DNA of 49,260 nucleotides, from IMG/VR virus record IMGVR_UViG_3300017963_000081; one strand, written 5' to 3'. Of this stretch, positions 9,080 to 16,856 are shown in pieces (positions within the stretch are counted from its first letter, which is position 1; every line of letters starts with the position of its first letter). Under the pieces are notes generated by a model that had not been told where the DNA came from, ran no database searches, and saw only the letters and a program-made list of their open reading frames with translations. Made by a program: the position numbers and the translations under genes. This DNA comes from a virus.

Positions 9080-9701
9080 AGTATCTTGGCGATATATCGA
9101 CATTCCTCGAACCGGGTCCACTTCATTTCGCGAGCTATTCGGCCCCGGAGCCGATGCGGGTGTGCGACACACCCCGTACCGTCCTGGTCACGAATCTGCG
9201 ACGCAGTTTGTCACAATCATTCGCCATCCGCTGGACCGTCTTGTCTCCATTTACGCATACGTCAAGAAGGTTCAACCGAACCATCTGGACGGTGCAACAT
9301 CCTTCGCCGAGTGGGTCAAAGACGGGATACCATACAACGGGGTCCGTCTTTCAAGTTGGAACGGGGACCATGCGGACGCTGCGAGAAAAAAGCAAGGCCC
9401 TTGGCTGACCGTTCCGCAATGGTACTGGATAGAAAAGGTTCCGACGGGAATGCTGCGCATCCTCCGTTTTGAGAATCTGGACCACGACGCGGAAGAGTTC
9501 AACCGCTGGCTCGGGCGTGCAAACAACCGATTCCCTCACATCAATCAATATCCCCATCCCCCGTGGCGTGAATTGTATGCCGACCCCGAAGTCCTTCGGA
9601 TCGCAACTGCTGTCTATGCAATTGATTTGGTCAACTTTCAGTATGAGGTGCCTTGCGGCATCGGGGATTGTCAAGGGGATATGTTGCTAAAGCATAAGTG
9701 A
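9072..9701 (+). CDS. PAPS-type sulfotransferase family protein, 209 aa
   Basis: 5'-PSB-like IPRTGSTSF and 3'-PB-like IIRHPLDRLVSIYAY, as in sulfotransferase family 2. 8-nt overlap with the fibre gene. Confidence 0.7.
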   Translation: MPKVSWRYIDIPRTGSTSFRELFGPGADAGVRHTPYRPGHESATQFVTIIRHPLDRLVSIYAYVKKVQPNHLDGATSFAEWVKDGIPYNGVRLSSWNGDHADAARKKQGPWLTVPQWYWIEKVPTGMLRILRFENLDHDAEEFNRWLGRANNRFPHINQYPHPPWRELYADPEVLRIATAVYAIDLVNFQYEVPCGIGDCQGDMLLKHK

Positions 9702-9789
9702 GGGGGTAGACTAGTCTGGAGGTGCCAGACTTGTCACCGTACCGTTCCGGTCATTCAATCGAAGCGACCCTGCCATTAGGAGACACAAG

Positions 9790-11178
9790 ATGCCGTCCCT
9801 CGAATCTGCGCTGCAATCTGCGGCGGAACAAACCACGTTTGAAAGCGTCCGTAAGGGAATCCGCGACTCGGGCGGAGCCGGTTCCGCGTTGCAAGTCTAC
9901 CAGATGGGGTTCTTCGGAGCCTTTGGTCCGACTGGTCCGGAGTGGATGAAGAAGATTTGGGAGGAAGACCAAGACTTGGTAGGGCAGTTTCGCGGTCTTG
10001 AGCACGTTGCTATTCCACGTGCAGAGTGGAGGGGGAAACGTGCGACGTTTTGGAATCATTACATGGAGCTTCAGCCGGCAGATGCGCTTCGCGGGAACCA
10101 AGACACCGGAAATTGTACATCGTGGTCAGGTAGAGCAATGCTCAATTGTTGTCTCGGCGCGGACATCAAGAAGCGGTTGGAGCGGCAAAAGTGGCCCGGT
10201 GCTCGAATCGGAACAGCGATGATGTACGCCAACCGAGGGCATAGCGGAGCTGGCATGACGTTGGCTCGGGCGATTGACGCTGTTGCGAACAAATACGGGA
10301 TCAGTATCCAAAAGTCATACTGCAACGGCCAATACGACCTGACGGCGGAAGATGCGGACGAGGGGTACGGCGTAAGCTGGTGGCGCGGCGTTCCGGATTG
10401 TGTCCTGGAAGAAACACGACAGCACAAGCTGTTAGCCTGGGACCGTGTAACGGATGAAGACAAGTCAATGTCTTACCTCCTTGACGGTCGATTTCTGTTT
10501 CACGGTTCGCAGTACACAGCCCGTCCGTCCGGAAACCTGATTTCTTCTCTCCAGAGCATCGGCGGACATGCGCAAGCCGTCCTCGGGTACGATGATACCG
10601 ACGAGTTCAAACAGTGGTACAAAGAAAATACCGGCCAGACGTTGAACGACTACGTAGTAATCCACGATCAAAGTTGGGGGAATTGGAACCAGATCCCCGG
10701 TTCGAAATGGCCAGACCATCTTTGGGGTCAGAAGCCTGAAGGGGCATGGGTTGTAACGGGTCGCGATTACATGCGAATTGTGAACCAGTGGGGGGATCAA
10801 TACGCCGCGTTGGACGTTGGTGGTTTTCCAGACGACAGTCCACCACCTCCCCCGCCTCCGCCACCTGCGACGTGGTTGGCTGTTGCTGTCTGGGATGTCA
10901 GTCCGACTACCGGCGTAGTGGGCCAGATAATCGAGTGGTTCGTGAACGGGGAAAAGAAAGCGACAGTCTCGATGAATGCTTCGCAAGAACGAACGACATC
11001 GGATGATGCGAAAATTTCGGAAAGCCTTAAAGCGGGAGATGCTGTCGAGGTTCGTATCAAAGCGATTACCGCGTCCGGCGTTACGAGCGAACCCGCAATC
11101 GCACAAGGGACGGTGGAGGAAAACGGGGAGCGTCCTTTACCTCCTCGAAATGTTCGACTGGCTTTCACCAAACGTTGA
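9790..11178 (+). CDS. Papain-like (C1-type) cysteine peptidase with a poly-Pro linker and a C-terminal Ig/FN3-like module, 462 aa
   Basis: Catalytic-type motifs NQDTGNCTSWSG (Gln/Cys), GGHAQAVLGYDD (His) and HDQSWGNWN (Asn-Ser-Trp-Gly). PPPPPPPPP linker. AGGAG RBS. Confidence 0.7.
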   Translation: MPSLESALQSAAEQTTFESVRKGIRDSGGAGSALQVYQMGFFGAFGPTGPEWMKKIWEEDQDLVGQFRGLEHVAIPRAEWRGKRATFWNHYMELQPADALRGNQDTGNCTSWSGRAMLNCCLGADIKKRLERQKWPGARIGTAMMYANRGHSGAGMTLARAIDAVANKYGISIQKSYCNGQYDLTAEDADEGYGVSWWRGVPDCVLEETRQHKLLAWDRVTDEDKSMSYLLDGRFLFHGSQYTARPSGNLISSLQSIGGHAQAVLGYDDTDEFKQWYKENTGQTLNDYVVIHDQSWGNWNQIPGSKWPDHLWGQKPEGAWVVTGRDYMRIVNQWGDQYAALDVGGFPDDSPPPPPPPPPATWLAVAVWDVSPTTGVVGQIIEWFVNGEKKATVSMNASQERTTSDDAKISESLKAGDAVEVRIKAITASGVTSEPAIAQGTVEENGERPLPPRNVRLAFTKR

Positions 11179-11213
11179 CCGTCCCGTCGGGGACCTGGAA
11201 AGGAGATGCAGAA

Positions 11214-11438
11214 ATGAGTGGTGTCTGGATTCGAGTCGTCATTGCGGCTCTCAAGATTATCTCCCGGTTCATCGAAGACCCGGAGATGAAGAAGATTCTG
11301 GAAGAGTTAATCGCCATCCTCGAAGAACTCTTCCAGAACCCCAACGCGATCAACGAAGACGATTCAAAGGCCGAACTTGTCGCCCAGTATGAAAAGTGCC
11401 TGCTTCGCTCTCGTAATCGCGACGTATCGAAGATTTGA
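11214..11438 (+). CDS. Hypothetical protein, 74 aa (N-terminal amphipathic/hydrophobic helix)
   Basis: AAAGGAG RBS 8 nt upstream of the ATG. Overlaps the convergent helicase 3' end by 75 nt, which lowers confidence. Confidence 0.35.
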   Translation: MSGVWIRVVIAALKIISRFIEDPEMKKILEELIAILEELFQNPNAINEDDSKAELVAQYEKCLLRSRNRDVSKI

Positions 11439-13706
11439 TTCCTGAACTTGTTCCCATGCAGCGGTCGCGTAAGGGTGCGGGAGCAGATCAGGGCGTAGGA
11501 TAACCACCCGGTCTGCTTCCAACCCCTTCGCGCGGTGAATTGTGCTGAGGATGTAGCCGCCTTCGGTCGCTGCTTCGTCGCTTAGAATCCCGTTGAGCTT
11601 CTTTCGGTAGTCCTTGGCGTTCTTGCAGTCCGTCACCGTCATCTTGACGCACTGTACTCTATCTTCCAGGGCGGCTATCGCCATCTGCGGAGCGTCGTTG
11701 CGGATCAGATGAGCTTCCGCGTGGGCTTGGTACTGGTCTAGCACGTTGATGTGGTTCTCCCAGCTCGTTTCCTTGCCAAAAGCCTTCTTCGCCAGACCGA
11801 CGAATTCGGGAATCATATCCCGACCCCGGACGTAGACGGGGATTTGCTGTGCGAATAGGCGGTTGAACAGCTCGAACAGCGGAGCGTTGGTCCTGCAAAG
11901 CACCATCGCCGGCGGTTCGATATCCTCAATCTCCCTGGAGGTGAAAGCAGCAATACCGTCCGGGGCGTTCGGTGCAGCTTCCAGGTCGGGGACGATAGTC
12001 TGCGCGAGACGGACGACGTTCTTCGGACACCGCCACGAAACCGTCAGCGGCAGCTCGATTAGTCCACGTTCCGTTGCGAGGAGACGTTCCCGAAACCGGG
12101 GAATGCTTTCCGCGTCTGCACCTCTGAAGCCAAAAATAGAATTGCCAGTTGCTATTTCATCTGCGATGTACAAACGTCGACCCCCTTCGGTCGGCGCGAC
12201 TTGCAAACTCCAAACTTCGCCTACATATCTTTTTCTCGTAAACTGGAGTGGTTCCCAGGAACAATCACGAGGGCCTTTGACTCGCACGACCATCATGCAG
12301 CCATTTAGCAGGTTGTACCCGCGACACATGAAAGAGTAATAGCCGACATGTTGGGCGCTTCCTTTTTCCCACATAGGATACCGTGGGTGTCGACCAAACT
12401 CTTGAAGAAGGGCACCGATCCTTTCCGGATTCTTCAAGTCTCGTTCTAGTTCTTCCTCCCAAGATCGGTTCGTCCATTCGAACATGGCCCTTTGCGGGAT
12501 TTGGTACTTCAGGGAGAGCAACCACTCCAGTTTGCGCGCTTCTTGGCGAGTAGGGAATACATCCAAAACCCAAAGACAATCCACCTTTTCTCCGCGAGCA
12601 CGGACGCCCGGTCCAAACCCACAATCCATTTGAAGTTGTGTTGTTCCGATTCGCGGAATATCGCCTGACAACATTAGGTAGACCGCGTGTAGCTTCTTCC
12701 CTTTTTTCGGATCGAAACGTACAAGCCACCGATGTTCGAGTGTTGTGCATGTTCCGTTTCCGTGAATCAAATCGCCGTTGTGTTCGTGGTGTTCGATTTT
12801 TTCTATCTTGCGTCCTTGTGTATTATGGCCCGGAGAATATGTGTCTTTGCTTTTGTAGGTCGCTAACTGGTCCCCGACTTTCAAGTCTTGAATCGGCACG
12901 TAGCCGCGCCCTGTCGCCAAAACCTTAGTCCCCCTGGGTTGGCATTGCTCCGGATCGCCGATCACAATGAACCGTTTCGAAAACTGCGATAGCAATTGAC
13001 GTTGACAGACGTTCAGGTCTTGGGTCTCATCGACGCCCATCGCTCCGAATGGTGCGGGTTTCAACTTGAGCTGGATAGGAAGCCAGCACATGTCATCGTA
13101 ATCGACGCGGTCGGTCAACCGTCGCGACTCTTCGATGCACATGGAGGCCCGCTCCGCAATCTTCTCTTCGTCTTCCAAAGCCATGCCGTAATGCTTCACT
13201 AATGCGAGAATCTCCTCCGGGGTTTCGACAAGACAGCCCTTGGCCAGGCCGACCACCTTCTCCAGGTCGTAGATTAGCTCCCAGTCTTTTATTTCCAGAG
13301 ATCCGTCGGAACGGCCAAAACACTCGCGGTATATGTCGCGGATTTTGTTGAAGTTCACACCGTCGACGGCGTATCCCTTGTCCTTCAACAGTCGAAACCC
13401 GAGAGAGTGGACCGTGCAAGCGAGGGTGGACGGCCCGACCCGGCCTTGCAGCTCGGTCGCGATGAGCTTGGAGAAAGCGACGATTGCTTTCCGGCTCGAT
13501 TTGACCTTGGAGAAACCGTCAACAATCGTGGTTGTCTTTCCAGTCCCAGCACGCGCAATCCCAAGGATATGCTGGTCGGAATTGCTCATTGCGTCCCACA
13601 AATCTTTTTGTTGCTTTGTTGGTTTGTAGGACTTGCGAACTTTCTTCGCGGCGGGGGTTGCTACTTTCGCTTTGCGTCGGATTGTCTTTCGTTTGATTGT
13701 GGCCAC
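11364..13706 (-). CDS. SF1 UvrD/PcrA-like DNA helicase, 780 aa as encoded, interrupted by an intein
   Basis: Walker A GIARAGTGKTTT and Walker B VDETQD. Motif III is split (VIGDPEQ | intein | SIFGFRGAD). Motifs V/VI are STIHRAKGLEADRVVIL and VAITRAKQALFI. Confidence 0.85.
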   Translation of the reverse strand: MATIKRKTIRRKAKVATPAAKKVRKSYKPTKQQKDLWDAMSNSDQHILGIARAGTGKTTTIVDGFSKVKSSRKAIVAFSKLIATELQGRVGPSTLACTVHSLGFRLLKDKGYAVDGVNFNKIRDIYRECFGRSDGSLEIKDWELIYDLEKVVGLAKGCLVETPEEILALVKHYGMALEDEEKIAERASMCIEESRRLTDRVDYDDMCWLPIQLKLKPAPFGAMGVDETQDLNVCQRQLLSQFSKRFIVIGDPEQCQPRGTKVLATGRGYVPIQDLKVGDQLATYKSKDTYSPGHNTQGRKIEKIEHHEHNGDLIHGNGTCTTLEHRWLVRFDPKKGKKLHAVYLMLSGDIPRIGTTQLQMDCGFGPGVRARGEKVDCLWVLDVFPTRQEARKLEWLLSLKYQIPQRAMFEWTNRSWEEELERDLKNPERIGALLQEFGRHPRYPMWEKGSAQHVGYYSFMCRGYNLLNGCMMVVRVKGPRDCSWEPLQFTRKRYVGEVWSLQVAPTEGGRRLYIADEIATGNSIFGFRGADAESIPRFRERLLATERGLIELPLTVSWRCPKNVVRLAQTIVPDLEAAPNAPDGIAAFTSREIEDIEPPAMVLCRTNAPLFELFNRLFAQQIPVYVRGRDMIPEFVGLAKKAFGKETSWENHINVLDQYQAHAEAHLIRNDAPQMAIAALEDRVQCVKMTVTDCKNAKDYRKKLNGILSDEAATEGGYILSTIHRAKGLEADRVVILRPDLLPHPYATAAWEQVQESNLRYVAITRAKQALFILGDKFGL
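12141..12944 (-). mobile_element. Intein (268 aa, residues 255-522 of the helicase precursor)
   Basis: Starts with Cys (CQPRGTKVLATGRGYVPIQDLKVGDQL, block A-like), has TTLEH (block B TxxH) and ends ...YIADEIATGN followed by Ser+1. Removing it restores GDPEQSIFGFRGA. Confidence 0.75.
13287..13325 (+). promoter_or_regulatory. Degenerate copy of the conserved module, antisense inside the helicase CDS
   Basis: TTTTATTTCCAGAGATCCGTCGGAACGGCCAAAAC versus copy 10 TTTTCTCTCCAGAGATCCCGACGGGAACCCCAAAAT, about 28 of 36 positions by eye. Confidence 0.4.
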
Positions 13707-13736
13707 GGTACGGCTCCTTTCGGTTTTTTATGGTAC

Positions 13737-13771
13737 AAAAAAAACGGGAACCGATACGGAACCGGTTCCCG
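13737..13771 (-). terminator. Rho-independent terminator (minus strand) between the small-gene operon and the helicase
   Basis: 9-bp stem cgggaaccg/cggttcccg (13745-13753 / 13763-13771) followed on the minus strand by a T8 run (13737-13744). Confidence 0.7.
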
Positions 13772-13787
13772 GTTAACTAGTAACTGA

Positions 13788-13985
13788 CTAGTCTTTTTCC
13801 TCTTCAAGTCGAAACTCACGACGGGTTAACCATTGTCCGTTGTCCAGAATGTACAACGGGGATAAGTTGAACCCGCTGGGTTCCCGGACGTCTACGATTC
13901 GTTGGTGTCGCGCGAACCCTTCATTGATTACGACAACTACCCGTCTACCGATCAGGTTTCGCGGGTCTAAAAGATTCTCAAGCAT
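13788..13985 (-). CDS. Hypothetical protein, 65 aa
   Basis: ORF track. Overlaps the upstream gene by 19 nt and is followed by a terminator. Confidence 0.5.
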   Translation of the reverse strand: MLENLLDPRNLIGRRVVVVINEGFARHQRIVDVREPSGFNLSPLYILDNGQWLTRREFRLEEEKD

Positions 13986-14173
13986 TCTGCGCTTTCCTCC
14001 GAATTACGTGGATAATCAGGATTTGGGGGAACGTAGAGATCAATATCGGTTCCCCCGCACTTCGGACACCCCTCCGTAACGGCGCGTTCTGCGCTTTGGG
14101 TTGTCCAGAATCGTTTCCCGCATTCCATGCACTGGAATGTCGGGGTCCTAGGACGTCGCTTTTTCGATGACAT
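13967..14173 (-). CDS. Zinc-ribbon protein, 68 aa, with a basic N-terminus (MSSKKRRPRTP)
   Basis: CxxC...CxxC pattern (CMECGKRF...CPKCGG). AGGGGG RBS. Confidence 0.55.
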   Translation of the reverse strand: MSSKKRRPRTPTFQCMECGKRFWTTQSAERAVTEGCPKCGGTDIDLYVPPNPDYPRNSEESAECLRIF

Positions 14174-14194
14174 TGTGAAACCCCCTAAAAGAAG

Positions 14195-14221
14195 GGGGGG
14201 TGCGGTTTCCCGTCACCCCCC
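14195..14221 (-). terminator. Possible terminator hairpin (minus strand)
   Basis: 8-bp stem ggggggtg/cacccccc, followed on the minus strand by TTCTTTT. Confidence 0.35.
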
Positions 14222-14245
14222 TGGAAAGATAACCTACCCCCTAGA

Positions 14246-14797
14246 CTAACGTCGTTTCGTCGTCTTTTTCTTGACGCTACGTTTTGCGGGGGTTTTCTTC
14301 GCAGGGGTTCCCGATTTCGTCCCTGATTTCGTCCCTCCTGAAGCTTTCGAACCCCTCACGGTCTTCCGAGTCGTCTTTCGGACAGGAACCGTCTCCGGTT
14401 CTTCTGGGGACGATTTCGAGGGGGTAGCTTTGGGGGGTTCAGGTTTGGGAGGATTGTCGAGCAGGTGGTTCCTATCCAGCGCTTTCTCCCAGGTGAGCGC
14501 CTGCTTTGCGAGACGGTCGTTCCATGTACACAATGCTGGCGCTGCTTGATCGACATTCGCGACGTCGCGCAAGTCGATTCCCTCCAAGTCGGACAGTCTA
14601 TCCATCACGTGTTTACTCGCGATAGTTAGCGCTTCCGTTCGGTCGAACCCTGGAGTAGTACAATCCGGGTTAATCTCCACCCGCACAACTAGTGGGACAA
14701 TAACGTCCCAGTTAATCCGTCCGTTGTCTTCCAGGACAATGCGGGGGTGAACCTTGGTTGTGGGTTTACGCGACGTCGACGTGTTCTTGCGTGTCAT
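14246..14797 (-). CDS. Hypothetical protein, 183 aa, with a histone H1-like Lys/Pro/Thr-rich C-terminal tail
   Basis: The C-terminal ~60 aa read KPEPPKATPSKSS...GTKSGTKSGTPAKKTPAKRSVKKKTTKRR. GGGAGA RBS. First gene downstream of the minus-strand sigma70-like promoter. Confidence 0.6.
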   Translation of the reverse strand: MTRKNTSTSRKPTTKVHPRIVLEDNGRINWDVIVPLVVRVEINPDCTTPGFDRTEALTIASKHVMDRLSDLEGIDLRDVANVDQAAPALCTWNDRLAKQALTWEKALDRNHLLDNPPKPEPPKATPSKSSPEEPETVPVRKTTRKTVRGSKASGGTKSGTKSGTPAKKTPAKRSVKKKTTKRR

Positions 14798-14929
14798 TGT
14801 GATTATCTCCCATCGTCATGACACAAGTATGTGGTCCCCCATCGACGTGATGGGGGAAGAACCCTATTTGATGTTTCCAAGTTGTCAAAGAGCGATGACG
14901 ATTCATCAAAAATCGTCGGAATACCTCCG

Positions 14930-14957
14930 ATTATAACCCCCTCTTAGAGTTTGTCAA
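14930..14957 (-). promoter_or_regulatory. Near-consensus sigma70-type promoter (minus strand): TTGACA-N16-TATAAT
   Basis: The minus strand reads ctaTTGACAaactctaagagggggtTATAATcgg. -35 is at 14952-14957 and -10 at 14930-14935. Confidence 0.6.
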
Positions 14958-14981
14958 TAGGGGGTTCCCTAGTATTTTCTT

Positions 14982-15135
14982 AGTAGATTTGTGCAAGAGA
15001 CACTTTGCGGTATCTGGACCCCTCCCGGTAGAGGGGTGATTCCGCAAGTCTAACCCGTTGCTAGACTTGCGAAAACCCCATTTAATGTACATTTGTTCAG
15101 AAATAACATGGATACAGAAAGGGTGATATATACCC
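14982..15135. repeat. Left arm of the inverted duplication (box A 14982-15007, box B 15095-15135)
   Basis: The reverse complement of 14982-15007 equals 17085-17110 (26/26). The reverse complement of 15095-15135 equals 16956-16996 (40/41). The middle ~87 nt is diverged but of equal length. Confidence 0.9.
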
Positions 15136-15755
15136 TATGACCCCCCTAGTGTGGGGTGTGGGTTTCGCATAGTTAGGACGGTGTCGGGATTCTTGGGATT
15201 GCGAAGGTATCCCTGGTCGAGGATACGGTCGAACAGGTTGCGCGTTAAACGGACGTCCTCAAGACAATAGTCAATAACCTCACCGATCCGGTTTTCTTGC
15301 CAAAGTACCGGCGCTAACTCCCCTGATCCCGTTTTCTTGTGTCCCAGATTCACCTCCGCTGTCTTGTCGAGCGAAAATCCACCGTGAGACGGACTGAATT
15401 TATCGGGGTCTAAACGCGCCGCGTTCCACATCTCGCGGAGCAGGTCATACGATGCCATGTCCGCAATCTTGATCCCATTTGCGCGGATCACTTTGTTGTC
15501 GAACCGGATGTTGTTGAATCCGACGAGTGGGATTCGATTCGCCGCTAACTCTTCGAACTCTAGGAGGTTCTCTGCGGTGAAGACGCGGAACCGATCTGTA
15601 GCGTAGTCGTAAGCGCAGAGTACGGAGATGCCCATGTTCTCGTGATCGTCCCATCCCTTGCAGTATTCAATTCCTGCTATCTGCTTTCCAGGAGGTCTTG
15701 GCGGGATCGCTCGAACGATTTCCAGGTCGTAAACCAGCGGAGCTAAGCCTTGCAT
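15135..15755 (-). CDS. DEDD-type 3'-5' exonuclease (RNase H-like fold), 206 aa
   Basis: Motifs VYDLEI (Exo I), VGFNNIRFDN (Exo II) and IDYCLEDV (Exo III). Confidence 0.65.
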   Translation of the reverse strand: MQGLAPLVYDLEIVRAIPPRPPGKQIAGIEYCKGWDDHENMGISVLCAYDYATDRFRVFTAENLLEFEELAANRIPLVGFNNIRFDNKVIRANGIKIADMASYDLLREMWNAARLDPDKFSPSHGGFSLDKTAEVNLGHKKTGSGELAPVLWQENRIGEVIDYCLEDVRLTRNLFDRILDQGYLRNPKNPDTVLTMRNPHPTLGGS

Positions 15756-15767
15756 TTGAAACGTCTC

Positions 15768-16301
15768 CTAAGAGCTTGCGATTCGTTCGATCCGGTTGAC
15801 GCCAACCTTAACGATCCGTTGAATCGCTAACGCGGTCCCCTCTTGGTTGTGGGTGAAAAGCACGGGGACGCCTGACACTATCCACCCGGAAATGGCTCCA
15901 AGAACGTGTGACGGCGTGATCTGGCGAGAGTATCTGTAGATGCTACTGAAAGGGTTCTGAATCTCTTTCCACGTAGTTTCAGCCAGAATCACCCGAATAG
16001 GAAACTCGCGCAGTCGGTAGATTTCCTTCTCGAAACGCGAACGGCCCGAGCCGACGGTCCCGATCAGGTCTCTCCCCGACTTGCGCTCAAAAGAGAATAT
16101 CTCTTCGTAACCGGCAACCGTATAGTCACCGGTTTTGAGAGTGCGTACCGTACAAGGTCCTGGAAGAAAAATCGTAATGCCGGGGAGTGGTTCTCTCCGA
16201 TCAACTACGTACTGAACCTCGTTTGCGGGTTCCGGTGCGGGTGCGCTTTTTGACGATCTTCGGCTTGTTCGTTTTGGTGGACTTCTTTTTCTTTTGGGCA
16301 C
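15768..16301 (-). CDS. ERCC4 (XPF/Mus81)-type nuclease, 177 aa, with a K/R-rich N-terminal extension
   Basis: YVVDRREP...GDYTV...FERKSGRDLIGT...RFEKEIYRL pattern. GTG start at 16301. No in-frame start lies downstream of the upstream gene's stop. Confidence 0.6.
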   Translation of the reverse strand: MPKRKRSPPKRTSRRSSKSAPAPEPANEVQYVVDRREPLPGITIFLPGPCTVRTLKTGDYTVAGYEEIFSFERKSGRDLIGTVGSGRSRFEKEIYRLREFPIRVILAETTWKEIQNPFSSIYRYSRQITPSHVLGAISGWIVSGVPVLFTHNQEGTALAIQRIVKVGVNRIERIASS

Positions 16302-16821
16302 GCTTCTTGCCTTCCTGCATGTTAGCTACGCGACCCTCCCGAAAATCAAATAAAGCTTTCACGTGATCGGGCATTTCCTCCCGAGTCATGGGTCTTCTTC
16401 CCGTACCGATGATGGGTTCCCCGTTGATGTTCCACCTGACGGATTTCTTTTTCGGCTCTACTCCGCGAGTGAATGAGCCGAGGTTGTAAGACTTTCTCAA
16501 GTAAGGAACCGAGATGCGTCCTTCCATAAGCGACTTGGTTGTCTTCGCCTCCGGAAACTCCTCGATAAGAAGTTGCATGATGGAGGGATCGGTAAGCTTC
16601 TTGCTTAGGGGAAACTCTTCGTTCGCCTCGAAGATAACCGCCATGAATCTTGTGATACCTCCTTCAAACGTCTTCCCTTTTGTACGCGGCTTGCAACCTC
16701 TTGTATAGGGGGAGTCGGGGATCCGGTCCACACTAAAGTGGTCCAGTATTTCGGACGCCGCTCCTTGATCTTTCACAACTTTGGGAGATTTCTTGTCAGG
16801 CATTCTCTCGCTCTCTTTCAC
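16201..16821 (-). CDS. Hypothetical protein, 206 aa (or 200 aa from ATG 16803), with a K/R-rich C-terminal tail
   Basis: ORF track. The tail reads EGKKRAQKKKKSTKTNKPKIVKKRTRTGTRKRGSVRS. The 3' 101 nt overlap the ERCC4 ORF in another frame. Confidence 0.55.
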   Translation of the reverse strand: MKESERMPDKKSPKVVKDQGAASEILDHFSVDRIPDSPYTRGCKPRTKGKTFEGGITRFMAVIFEANEEFPLSKKLTDPSIMQLLIEEFPEAKTTKSLMEGRISVPYLRKSYNLGSFTRGVEPKKKSVRWNINGEPIIGTGRRPMTREEMPDHVKALFDFREGRVANMQEGKKRAQKKKKSTKTNKPKIVKKRTRTGTRKRGSVRS

Positions 16822-16856
16822 TTAACTTTTGACACCTCGCTTAGACAGAACCCTCC

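Noticed and set aside
14313-14336. Tandem 12-nt repeat (gatttcgtccct x2)
   Set aside because: It simply encodes the GTKSGTKS part of the low-complexity basic tail of 14246..14797. It is not an independent element.
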